DNA of 63,669 nucleotides, counting the filler, from Hausera hauseri (lineage: Eukaryota), in NCBI GenBank assembly GCA_046269625.1. It is 13 parts of 13 records of this genome, joined end to end, with 100 filler letters (N's around TTAATTAATTAA, not from the genome) between each part and the next. Parts side by side here need not be neighbours in the genome. Positions count along the whole stretch, not along the records: positions 25,014 to 29,228 come from JBJURY010695882.1; positions 29,329 to 34,436 come from JBJURY010333383.1; positions 34,537 to 38,728 come from JBJURY010710325.1; positions 38,829 to 45,659 come from JBJURY010061107.1; 9 more parts are not named here. The stretch is one strand, 5' to 3'. The notes below the pieces were generated by a model. The model was given only the letters and a program-made list of their open reading frames with translations, was not told the DNA's origin and made no database searches. Positions 27,347 through 39,110 of this stretch are shown in pieces. The position numbers were made by a program, and so were the translations under genes. Position 1 is the stretch's first letter, and each line of letters starts with the position of its first letter.

Positions 27347-27507
27347 TTTGACGGTAATTTGCGTCTACTTGCTGCTGCTGTTGTTTGAAGCACAGAATTG
27401 ATTAATCGCTTCACTGTAGCAGTTCGTTTTGATACACGTTACTTTCCGGACACCCGCTTGGTAGTAGATTGTTTACGTTTAACAAATGTTTTTCGGAAAT
27501 TCTTCAT
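27331..27507 (-). pseudogene. Small basic Lys/Arg-rich Polinton ORF with one internal stop
   Basis: MKNFRKTFVKRKQSTTKRVSGK*RVSKRTATVKRL..RRKLPSKWQRL. Confidence 0.35.
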
Positions 27508-27544
27508 TTTTTATCATAATCATGTAGTCGATTTTCGAATTTGT

Positions 27545-28170
27545 TTATATAACACATACACCACCTTTCTGATTGAAAATATCTGTGCGTATACGCATGT
27601 CATCGGGATACTGTTGTGTAAAGTCAATGAGCAAGTATCCGTGTGGTTCGGTCGTAGCATCATGATATGCATCTATCAAGTAGGCCTGATTGTGAAGAAA
27701 TGCTTGTCGTGCAACATAATCAATGATAGTTTGATCACGGCGATTTCTGAACAACACCAAATAGTGTACGTTTAGATTTCTTGTTCGATGCTGCCCACCC
27801 TGATGGAATATTTTTTGCGTAATGAAAATAACCGTTACGCCACGGTGTCGTGCAATCTTCGTGAACAGGTTGTTGAAATCCTATTGTTTCGAGGCTTCTT
27901 GAAATAAATCGTCAATGACAATAACGTCACCGCTGCGTAATCGTTCAGACCAGTTCTTATCAGACCCATCAATTACCGTTATCGATTTTAGTTTACAAAA
28001 TTCCCCATGTGTCAAACCGGACTCACCATCATCGCAAACACCCTGATGCTAGTAAATGTGATTGTACCGCGGTAAATGGAACATGTCACGGTAGTTCTTC
28101 AATAGTTTACACACAAAGTGTGTTTTGCCAGTTTCACTGGGGCCTACAATCTGGAAAATAGCATCATTCT
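27545..28170 (-). pseudogene. A32/FtsK-like DNA packaging ATPase of a Polinton
   Basis: Walker A in IVGPSETGKTHFV, Walker B in VIVIDDL, plus VLFRNRRD..DAYHDATTEPHGYLLIDF. Frameshifted. Confidence 0.92.
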
Positions 28171-28276
28171 GCAGCTTTATCAAATAATAATACAACCTTT
28201 CCTCATCACATGATTTGTTTATAATCATTTTACACTCGCGCATATAAATAGTTATAGTATAAACACTGTTTCCATA

Positions 28277-29080
28277 ATGACAGCTAATATCAATTATCTC
28301 GGACATGTTGCTAGGTGGTGTGAAATTAACACCGTACCTTTTATTCCGTGGAAGCCGCCGGATTTTACATGTATCCTATTTCAATCGGGAAAGTGTCGTA
28401 TTATGGGCTGTTGCAAACTAATCACATCTGACAACAGTAAACTGCTGCCATTCGGAATTGTCATTGACAAAATCCAATCAATAACGGTAAAGACTCAGTT
28501 AGACTACCACCAAACAATTAATCTGTACAAATTATCAATGGCCGCTGCTACTGAATGTACGTATGAAGCCGAATTGTTTCCTGCACTGAGATTGACATCG
28601 TTTTGCCCACTTTGTGTCAATGCGTTTAGCAGTGGAAAAACTGTTGTACTCGGTATATGGATAGTGGACTATGAACCGATTATTAATCAAATTAAAAATC
28701 ACATAAATACTTTACTGAATCAAAATAATGTACATGGCACAACAACAACAAACTGTAAATACCATTCCCATGCCCATTCAGACATTACTGCCATGGAAGA
28801 TGACGCCAAAACAATTCTACTCAATGATGACAATGATGCCAATGATGATGATGATGAAAGTTCAGATTGGTCGTGGTTGTTTGGCTACAACAAAAAGGAC
28901 GATTCTAATGTCAAACTGCTAGAACCACTTGTCCAACAATTAGAAAAGCAAGGTGATTGTCTGCAGGCCGATTGTCTGGAAACAAAGCAGGAACTTGCTC
29001 GGAAAGCAGCAGCAAAACCGACGTTAAAAAGGCAAAATGCAATGATTGGTGGACTACGTAAACGAAAATCAAAATCGTAA
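28277..29080 (+). CDS. Divergent TATA-binding-protein-like protein with an acidic/basic C-terminal extension
   Basis: Two TBP-like repeats: TCILFQSGKCRIMG, and IQSITV..INLYKL..YEAELFPALRL..VNAFSSGKTVVLG. Compare canonical LIFSSGKMVCTG and YEPELFPGL..IFVSGKVVLTG. Confidence 0.8.
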   Translation: MTANINYLGHVARWCEINTVPFIPWKPPDFTCILFQSGKCRIMGCCKLITSDNSKLLPFGIVIDKIQSITVKTQLDYHQTINLYKLSMAAATECTYEAELFPALRLTSFCPLCVNAFSSGKTVVLGIWIVDYEPIINQIKNHINTLLNQNNVHGTTTTNCKYHSHAHSDITAMEDDAKTILLNDDNDANDDDDESSDWSWLFGYNKKDDSNVKLLEPLVQQLEKQGDCLQADCLETKQELARKAAAKPTLKRQNAMIGGLRKRKSKS

Positions 29081-29328
29081 GCGTCGCGGCAAACACAGAT
29101 ATTTTTACCGAAACGAATTTTTCGCAAGTACGAAATGCATTTTCTGCAAATGCCCGTACTGATTTCATTGAATGATCCCGTGTCTCTATGTGTACCCAAG
29201 TACAACTTTCGTGTAAAACGGATTTCGGNNNNNNNNNNNNNNNNNNNNNNNNNNNNNNNNNNNNNNNNNNNNTTAATTAATTAANNNNNNNNNNNNNNNN
29301 NNNNNNNNNNNNNNNNNNNNNNNNNNNN

Positions 29329-30262
29329 CCCCAATAATTCCCATGAGAGATGGAATTTTCGGTCGAGTTACGGGAGAGGTATTATTAACTTATGAATGCG
29401 AAAAGAGAGATGTACCCATCAGCGTTGAAGAAAAACGTTGCATTCAGGAACTTCCCGTTATTTACCAAACTACTCCAAGGTTAGCTACACCACTGACAAG
29501 AGTGTTATTGGATAACGCTACCCAACCAACCATCCTTAAAAATTGTAAAGCAAGCTTAGGAGAATTCATGTTTAGACATAGCGAGACGGACTGGGTCAGC
29601 TTACCAAATGGGAGTATTATTGCTGCTCCAAGTAAATTGACAGGAACAAATCTCGCGAAAGGAAATACCGACGATAAATTTCAAGACACCTTATCGAAAG
29701 GCATATACGACAACGAACACACGAGCTAAATCGAGCCATAGCATCAGTAGTAGATGATACACGATACCAGGCTAAATGGGAATCTTTACTTGGCGTAAAT
29801 CATTATCAGCGAGTAACCACAGAAATACTCTACAAAATTTGGGGAAAATTCTTAATTTTTGAACAAGCCGCATCCGGATTTTTAGCGATATATTTTTTGA
29901 TACCAGCTGTAATTAATGGGTATGAGATATTTACGTTGACTGGATTTTCTTGCAAAATACTGACTGCGATCGTAACACCCTTTGAAAGATTCTTAAAGGC
30001 ATACAAAGAAAACAGATGGAAATCGGACGTAGAACGTCATGTCGGATATTACAATCGTAAAGGAAGAAGAAGACCTATATTTCTGCGGAAGCGGAAATTT
30101 ACAAAACATAATACGCGAAGAAATGATTCAGACGATGACGAGCCAAAGGGAGGAGAAGTATTTTCGGGAATAAATAAATATAAAGCCTATTCGGTTATTA
30201 AAGCGCCACTACCTATGTTGCCTCCTACTGCTACAACTTATGAGGACTGCGACAAACGATAG
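29329..30262 (+). pseudogene. Class III (chuvirus/Jingchuvirales G-like) fusion glycoprotein, C-terminal part; env-like
   Basis: GIFGRVTGEVLLTYEC..RCIQELPVIY..LATPLTRVL..C..F..W, then a TM segment and the INGYEIFTLTGFSCKILTAI block that resembles chuvirus G tails. One frameshift. Confidence 0.75.
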
Positions 30263-30532
30263 GTGAGTTCCTATCAGACAGAGGTTTATAAAAGAACGAT
30301 TAATGTAGAAGACCCTTATGAAGGAACGAAACGATAGGGGATCCTGCGGAAAATTTGTTACCGACAATCTACCGACGGGCCAAAGATGCTATAGTCTCCT
30401 AGAGAGCCCAAAAATATAGAGATTAGGTCAAAGGTATGGGACAATCCAAGGTTGAAAACTTTTTAAAATACCGAATTACATACTAACAATCGAGAACCAT
30501 TAATTAGTACACACGAGACGGCAGAATTCTAT

Positions 30533-33500
30533 ATGGAAAACAATGAATTATATCCAAATGAAGAATTGAGACATTTATCGGAGAACATGGTATTCTCCCC
30601 AGAGATCCGAATAAATGGACATAAAATATCGGCAGTAGAACGTTCGAAAGATACATTGAAATGCTTGGGTACAGTAATAGAAGGAAGGCCTTTCGCCAAA
30701 ATCATTATTAAAGATTGGGAAGTCTACGCATTAATCGATACAGGATCCGAGATGTCTTACATAAAAAACGATTCAATTCCTAAAACGCTGAGAGGACAAT
30801 TGTACCCACCGTCCACAAAAGATCCACGAAGTACAGGAGCTTTTGGCCAAATGTCTAAACCTATGTTTAAATGGAATCCAGAAGTTCAAATAGTTGGATA
30901 ATTTTTCCACCACGAATTTGCAGTTATGGAACCATTAACCGATGACATAATTTTAGGATGTGATCTACTGAAAAGACTACCGAATATAGCAGTTGACTTG
31001 CAAACAGGGAAATTGATAGAAATCAGAACAAATAAAGGCGTGAAAAATGCTAAAGATAGAAAATTTGGAGAGGTCTGGATACCAGTAGATGAAGATATTC
31101 CACCAAGAACAGAGTTAATAATTTACGCACAAATTCAGCAAGATGACGATCAACCAGTATACTTTGAACCAAGAGAGACATTAAATCCAAATATAATACT
31201 TAGTAACATACTGACAAGAGTACATTCCGGTCGTGTGCCAATAAGAATAGCTTACAATGCACCAATCCCCATTAAACTCTATGCTTATACTACTCTAGGA
31301 GATACGTATACAGTGTCATCAATAACTATTCAAGAGAAACCTTACAAGTATGCCGAAGTTCCACCTCATGTCGAAACTAAGTTTTCTCCCGAATCTTATT
31401 GTCGATTTTATGAATTATTATTTTACTAAAAATCGATCATCGTTAAAGACGACGAAGATATCGGTAGGACAAAAACATTAAAGCTAACTATTCCTCTAAA
31501 TAAAAAGCCAGGTTCGAATGAAGAAATAGACATTGAGGATCAAAAGACGCCGAAATGGTATCCTCCACCACATTCGTTAAGACCTGAGATAACAAAGGAA
31601 GTCGAACGAATACTTAAAGCCGATATAATCAGGCCCAGTTACAGATCTTGGTATTCATCAATCCTCGTGGTTAAAAAGAAAGGTACCACAAAACATCGAT
31701 TTTGTTTTGACTACAGAGCTTTAAACAATCTTATGATGAAAGACTCTTTCCCATTGCCATCAGTAAAAGAAGCTTTAGATAGACTCTCAGGCGCAAAATG
31801 GTTTATTACTCTGGACTTACAATCCGGATATTGGCAAGTGGAAATTGAAGATGAAGACCGATATAAGACAGCATTTAAGACGCACGATGGTGTATATGAA
31901 TTTAACGTCATGCCGTTCGGTATTACTACCAGGCCAGCTATATTTAAAGGATGATGAATAAGATGTTAATGGGACTGGATCAAGCTTTTGCGTACTTAGA
32001 CGACGTAATTATAGCATCAAAAACGGAAGAAAAACACCTAAAGCACATTGAACACACTAATGCGTCTGGAGCAAGCCGGATTGAAATTAAACCCAAAGAA
32101 ATGCAAGTGGGCACAATTGGTAGTATACTACCTTGGCCATATAGTTGGAGAAGGAGGATCGAAACCGGATAAATCATTATTAAGTAAAATATCAGATTGC
32201 ATGGACCCGCAAAACCAAAAAGAATTAAGGCACTGGCTAGTATTATGCGGTTATTATGCAAACTATGGGTCAGATAATTCAAAGATAAACACACCCCTAT
32301 ATTGTTTACTTAAAAAAGGAATAAAATAGAAATGGACGGACGTCGAACAAAAAGCTTTTGGTGAGATGAAGAAGATATTAACAAGCGAACCCGTTTTACG
32401 ATATCCAGATTTTAGCTTACCTTTCATAATCAAGACAGACGCCAGTAAGGAAGGCATCGGATAAGAATTAGCGCAGAAGAGAGATGATGAAGAATTAGAA
32501 CGCCCGATTGCTTATGGAGGACGATCCTTGAAGAAGGCCGAGAGAAACTACTCTGTCACCGAGTTGGAAACTCTAGCCGCAAAAGAAGCACTTCGCCACA
32601 TCAACGTTTATGTATACGGGCAGAAAATTATAATCGTTACCGATCACAAGGCCGTTACGACTTTGAAAGGCCGGGCAAATAATCCGACATGCAGACTTAA
32701 CAGACGGATTGAAGAAATATCAAGATACAATACCAAATTTCAATATAAGCCAGGGAATAAACATGTAGACGCGGACGTATTATCGAGATAAAAGACCAAA
32801 ACCAGCGCAATCACTGTAATGCAAAAGAGTCAACTTGAAGAAATAATAGACCGACAACGCGCTTTAACAATGGATAAGGTCATAAAAATTTCAAGGGAAC
32901 AAAGAAAGGATAAGGTCATTCAGCAGATTATAGAATTTGCTAAGAAGGATGTCATACTGAAAGGACGACAGCTTAAGAAGCATTTACGCAGACACGGACA
33001 TAAATACTGCATCTTAAACGACAAGAATAATGAGAATATTTTATATTACGAAAGGAAAGGAAGAAAATTGATAGTTATTCCAAAAGGGTTATGAACCGAA
33101 GTATTGATGTCAGAATACAATTCATATTTAGCCGGATATATGTCCTGGAAGAAAACGTTATAGAAAATAATGAGCAAATATTTTTGGCCTAATATGTATA
33201 TTGACGTGAAGAATTAAGTACATGCATGAGAAGTATGTGCAACTAAACTAAAGAAGACGAAAAATTACATAACTGAATTAAAACCAATTGATGAAGCCGA
33301 TAGGCCCATGCAAGCCATGTCGATGGATATTGTAGGACCTCTCCTTACAAACCGTAAAAATAACAAGTATATCTTGACGTGTATCGATCGACTAACTCAT
33401 TTTGTCGAATTTATAGCATTAATCGATCAAAGGGCTGAAACCTTAGCAGAAGCCGTAGTAAGAAGACTTATTTACCGATACGGACCCCCAGTTAAGGTGC

Positions 33501-34140
33501 TTACAGATCGAGGAAGAAATTTCAGCAGTAAACTTTTTGTGAAGATTTCCAAAATACTTGAAATCGAAAGGTTGACGACTACTGCTTATCATCCTTAATG
33601 CAATGGAATGGTCGAGCAAATGAACGCTACCGTCAAACGTGTATTATCTACGGTAGTAGCCAAAGATCAGAAAGATTGGGATGAGTTTTTAGAAGGAATA
33701 CAATTTGCAATTAATACTACACCACACCCGGCGACAGGATTCACACCAATTTTATGATGTGTGGACGTAAAGCCGTATTACCCACAGATTTAGGAATGAC
33801 ACCATATACGGTCAATCTTGAGGACTTAGAACAAAATTTTGCAGAAGTGTTACAGACACGATTACGAAAATGTTGGGAGATCTCTAAGGAGTTATCTCAA
33901 GAATATCAAGAGCAGTTTAAAAGATAACATGACAAGAATGCAAAACCGCACGATTTAGAACAAGGAAATTGGGTTTATGTACATTATCCAGTAGCTAAAA
34001 AAGGTACCTCATTAAAATTAATTCGTACCGGCAGAGAACCGTACGAAGTCACCAGGGTTACGCCAACTACAGTGTATATCAACAAAAATGAAAAGAAAGA
34101 AGTGGTATCAATACAAAGAGTTGTAAAGACGGAGATACGG
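30533..34140 (+). mobile_element. Ty3/Gypsy pol (PR-RT-RNaseH-IN), decayed; complex Gypsy copy C
   Basis: ALIDTGSEMSYI; RFCFDYRALN; LDLQSGYWQV..KTAF..VMPFG; YLDD; TDASKEGIG..NYSVTELE..VTDHKA; SMDIVGPL..LTDRGRNF..TTAYHP. Confidence 0.96.
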
Positions 34141-34436
34141 CCCAATAATTTACGCCAACGTGAAGTAAAGACTTCTTCAATAATTGCTAGACTAATATCG
34201 TACGTTCAGAGAGTTTTGGAATTATCGCTAATTGCTTTTTGCATTTTAAGAACACAAGCGGAATGGAAGCATAAAGAACCTGTCGTAAAAGATAATTACA
34301 GAATTAAGAAAAATGAGGCGAGGTGGGAGACTCTTAAAACGGGGAAGACACTGACAGTGGAAGAAAAGCAAAGATAAGAAGATGTCAGATTATTATAGTC
34401 AATAATAATAAACTATTATTCGCCCAACTCCACATG
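34140..34436 (+). CDS. In-frame post-integrase signal-peptide-like segment and start of the membrane protein
   Basis: LRQREVKTSSIIARLISYVQRVLELSLIAFCILRTQAEW matches copy A. Confidence 0.7.
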
Positions 34437-34559
34437 NNNNNNNNNNNNNNNNNNNNNNNNNNNNNNNNNNNNNNNNNNNNTTAATTAATTAANNNNNNNN
34501 NNNNNNNNNNNNNNNNNNNNNNNNNNNNNNNNNNNNTTCCCGCTTATTAGTTTTAATCT

Positions 34560-36400
34560 CTATACTTATAATATATGGTTGTTTTCGTCTTAGGTCTCTT
34601 CCAAGAGCTTAAAAATTTTCGTGCGGCTGAAAAGCAGAATTCGTCATCTTTTGTTAATGGCAAGAGTAATTGTGCACATTCTATTCGACTAGTTAATGGT
34701 AGTGACTCATATTGTCGTAAGGCATTTCATACTTCATTAGATGCTGAATCAGACATTTGTAATTTAGCTTCAATTACTTTAGTTATTGATTCTAGAGGTT
34801 CATCGTATATTATAGAACCTGGTGGTATATTCATTTCCGGAATATCTTTTGGATTTTCGATTGATGATAGTGTAGTTCCAGGATACTGGAAAATATCCGG
34901 TTTAGGTATGAGTTCATCGTCTTCTAAGATTTCAAATATTTCATCATCATCAACTACTTGTAGTTCCTTCTTGGATTTACTTGGCTGTATTGAATCTCAG
35001 ATACTTTCGAATAATGTCGGTTGTTGGAGTGGAACCTTTGGTTGTAAAAGTGGTGCAACTAATCTATCGTTATAAGGTTCTATCCATTCTCCAGTCGGTC
35101 TTGTTCTGACAAGCTCATGTGAATATTCATCAGAGTCTATATCAGGACGTCTTTGAGCAATTGCTTCGATTACTGGAATTACTCTTGCTTCCTCAGTTTT
35201 CTCGAGTTTTTGTATTGCTGGAAAAGCTACTCGTAATGTCTTCTGACTCTCTATTATCCATGGTATATTGTATTCTACTCGCACAGTTTTTAGGTATTCA
35301 TCTATGCATCTTTGTGCCATAATTTCTGAATTATGACCATGGTATAGATCCAAACCTTTGTAGGTTCTGTTAGTCTGTTCCAGGTCGTAGATGGCGGTTA
35401 GATTTACTGGATTTATTCTCAATGTATTTAATAGTTCCGGTAACTGGCGTCCGATGATTACTTTTCCTGGTAAGTATTTGTTCATGAATTTACTTACTGA
35501 CTCTTGTCGTTGAGGATTAAACCGTCTACTGTATTCAGTGTACTTTGTAGTATCTGGTATGTTTGGATACACATGAATATTAAGGATTGTTTTACCTCCT
35601 AGGTTTTTGGCAATTACTTGGGTAAATCCTTTCTGGTTTCTTTTGGTTATGCATCAGCAGGCAAGAATTATTTCACTATTTTGTGTTACAGGTTTATCCA
35701 TGGTTATCTTCGGTGTTTCCTTAAGCCATTGTATTAAGCATATAGGATAATTATCTAAAGGTTCAATTTCACAATCTCCTTCATAAGGATAATTAGGAAA
35801 TATCATAGTTTCTTTTGAAATAATTACTGTTTTATTGTTGATTTGTAACCGTGCCTCTCCTTAGTTAGTAATTACAGCACATGGCGGATCGTTTCTTTTA
35901 AACTGAATATCTGTTTCCTTCAAATGCAGTTGTTTAAATAACCATGGTAAATTTATTTCAACGATAAGTTTTCCACAGAGCAGTTGTCTAAGGTTTTCAT
36001 AACATTTTTCTTTTTCTAGGTGTACATTGTCTAGCTCAATTATCAAATCACCTTCGATGTTCTCTATTCTTATTCGATTAATTTCTATCTCCTGCTCATC
36101 TTCGATAGTTTTTTCTACTTCTACAAAGGTTAAAAGTAAATTTTTAATTTCTTTAGTTTCTGTCCATAAAATATATGGGCGTGTATTATTTTGGATGTCT
36201 GGTACCCTTCGTTCTGCTTAATCCAAGTAATTTCTAGTTATGAAGGGCTTTTCCCAAATGGAAATGTTGGATGATGGTTTGGATCAACTTGGTAATGTTC
36301 TACTATTGGTTTTTCCATTAATAAGCCCGTGAAGGTTGGTTTAGTTTGTTCATTGAAAGTTACCGAACGACGGGGTGAGACGTTCCTTTCGTCGTTACTA
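34560..36400 (-). pseudogene. Long unknown ORF (about 600 codons, broken) downstream of gag
   Basis: Pieces at 35861-36046 and 34997-35572 plus an acidic continuation to about 34560. No protease motif was seen. Confidence 0.5.
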
Positions 36401-36499
36401 TTTTTTTATTATCTGAAGAGTTTCCTTTTTCTTTTGTGGAACTGTTATAAGATGGCATTGTTGAGTCCAACTTTCTTTCATTTAGGTACTTAGAATATT

Positions 36500-38155
36500 C
36501 CGCTGTCGTATTTCTACCGTATCTGGATGGGGAAATATTTCTATTTATCGGTGAGTCATTTGGTCTGAAACTATAATCTGCGTTTGATTAGTGCATAAAG
36601 GTGTTTCCTCTATTCGGGTTGCCATTCGTCGGGTATATTCTATCAGCTTATTAATACTATTTGCTGTGTGGAATTTGACTCCTTCTTGTAAAGGTGGTAA
36701 AAGTCCAAGTACAAATTGTTTCATGATCATGGCGCCAAAAGCGTGTGCGCTCGGGCCAAAGTATCTATTCATTGCTGTTTTAAATCTATTAATATATGTA
36801 AATACTTCTTTATTTGGTTTTTGTTTACAATTTTGGAATTTTAAATATCGACTATCTTGTATGTTTACATTTTAATTTTGTAAAATCCTTTCTCGATGTG
36901 CTCAAGTCTCGTCTGGTCGTCTAAGTAGGCAATTTATTGCCATTCTCAAATCATTAGTCACATGCACTGGTTAGAGAGATATTTTCTTTGCGTCATCCCA
37001 ATGCATAGCTGTTGCCAGTGAACCATATCAATCTAAGAAATCCTCGAAGTCTGATACTCGCCCTTCATATGGTTGAAGGGGAGAAATCATTTGGTATTTC
37101 TCTTCTCTTCTTCTTTCATTGAAATTTAATAAGCCGTAACCGGCATTGTTATTTGGATCACAGTTGCGCTCATCCTGGTGAGCCAACGGGTCTTGGTTAT
37201 TCCTTAGCGGCTCAATGTTGTTGCTATCGATGTCCGAAGTTTCATAAGATATGGAACTCTGTTCCGTGGAAAACTCTGGTGATTGTATTCCTTCCTGCCG
37301 TCGAGTTATCATTTCCTCTGTCCATACTTGTTCGAGACGTTCATTTAATTGATTTATACCTCGGGTTAACGTTTCTATTTGATTTCTGGTATGATTATTT
37401 TCCACTTGTATTTGCTCTCTTTCTCGCATACTATAATTGAAACTTGATTTTGTATTTCATTTAATCGTCGACTAGCTTGTCTTTTTTTGTTATCAATCTG
37501 CTCTCTATTTCTATGTACTGTGGCTATATTATCAACAGTCTGTTGTTGTAAATTATGTATGTCTGGAATGGGTATTTATATTTTGTGCAAGTTGGTCAGT
37601 TCTCTTTTCCAATTCGTTTAAGCTTATGTTATTATCGTTCACTTTCTGTTTTATTTGTGCAATTCTCTCTTCGACTCTATCCAATTTTATACAATTATTC
37701 GTGGCATTTGTCACTATTGTGTCATCTACTCCTTGTCAAGGTATATCTTGTATTTCTCTAATTAACTGTCGAATACTATCGTCCGTCTGATTCTGTTTTA
37801 TTCTTAAATAATTTACGTTTACTTGATGTATTTCGTATCGTGTTCGGCAGTCTAATTCTTGATTAATTATTCTCTGTGTTAACTGTCTTGGATTAGGCTT
37901 GTTGCGATATTGTCCTCTGAGTGGCCTTCGTCGCCCACTAACTCCTCGTACCCACTGGTGTTGTACTGGAGCGGGATATAATTGTAGTGAATCAATGTCA
38001 ATTAATGATTCTGGAGTTGATATTGTACTTAAGGTGTCTGAACTGTTAGCAGAACTAGTGTTTTCTTCGTTTGAATCGATTTCATTAATTCCTGTTAATT
38101 GATTCTGTGTTAATCGTCCTCGGGATAGGGTATTGTATTGGTGTCCCTGAACCAT
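36500..38155 (-). pseudogene. Retrotransposon gag with a long coiled-coil N-terminal extension
   Basis: ISPLQPYEGRVSDFEDFL..AMHWDD, YINRFKTAM..KQFVLGLLPPLQEGV (capsid-like). Upstream Gln/Arg/Glu-rich helical ORFs. Confidence 0.65.
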
Positions 38156-38224
38156 TGTTATTAAAAAAAATTACGTTATTATCCATCTTATTATATGTAT
38201 ATTGTACAAATTTTTTCTATGGAT

Positions 38225-38345
38225 AATTCACACAGTACATTTCGATAACGTAGAATCTTTAGGAACACAGTTTTTACAATGAATAATGTGTCCGCATGGT
38301 AGGTAAATTGAATTTGATTGATTTTTCTACAAATTAAACAGGTAC
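38225..38345 (-). pseudogene. C3HC4 RING finger (IAP-type) remnant upstream of gag
   Basis: CLIC-(frameshift)-NSIYLPCGHIIHCKNCVPKDSTLSKCTV-stop; the stop replaces the last Cys. Confidence 0.7.
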
Positions 38346-38828
38346 AAATTATACGGCCAACATATGTACATCTTTTTCCACTTCCTCCTCTTTTTCCTTT
38401 AATATTGAAACCAAGTGTTGAATTCTTTGATAATAGTCGTCATCCGTTAATTGCATTTGGTATATATTGGTAATCATTTTTGGTAATGCTTCATATTCAG
38501 CCTTCTAGTCAATTTTAATAGCAATCATCGTGAGGTCTTTGGTGTATCCTAGCTCGATTACTTTATTGAGTACGGGATTATTATACAGTTTGTATCATCC
38601 ACAAATTATTTCAGGCGGTTGATTCTTTATTGTAAGTAATTGGGTTGTCCTATTGCTGAGATTGGTCAAAGTCATACTGTTGGTGTCCAATAATTCTATA
38701 AACAAATTTGTTCAATTTTATTACAATANNNNNNNNNNNNNNNNNNNNNNNNNNNNNNNNNNNNNNNNNNNNTTAATTAATTAANNNNNNNNNNNNNNNN
38801 NNNNNNNNNNNNNNNNNNNNNNNNNNNN

Positions 38829-39110
38829 TAGGGACAGGTACTTCTTCATCGTTGTTGGAATTATGGATAGTTCCCAGTGTGGAAATTCGTTTATGGCCAA
38901 TTTCAGGATATGGTGACAGTCATAACCTTGAAAGTTATAAAATATCACCAGTAGGAATGGCCGAACACGCCTTGCAAAATTGCATGCATTACGTGCTGAT
39001 CCCAGGTATCGTCCGGTAAAGTAGTCGTGATCACGTACAAGCCGTTCCTGTAGATCTAACCGCAATATTTTGTGGCACAGGCAACATTCGTCAGTGTGGT
39101 GACCACAACG
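38829..39110 (-). pseudogene. pPolB fragment (endonuclease VII-like region and start of exonuclease)
   Basis: CCLCHK..VRDHDYFTGRYLGSARNACN..IFYNFQGYDCHHIL. Confidence 0.85.

Noticed and set aside
29080-29400. Apparent Polinton + env + Gypsy hybrid element
   Set aside because: A linker at 29229-29328 separates the two contigs, so there is no evidence of physical linkage.
34575-35075. 166-aa plus-strand ORF and similar antisense ORFs (5264-5815, 13352-13720, 53282-53659)
   Set aside because: Shadows of coding sequence on the opposite strand.
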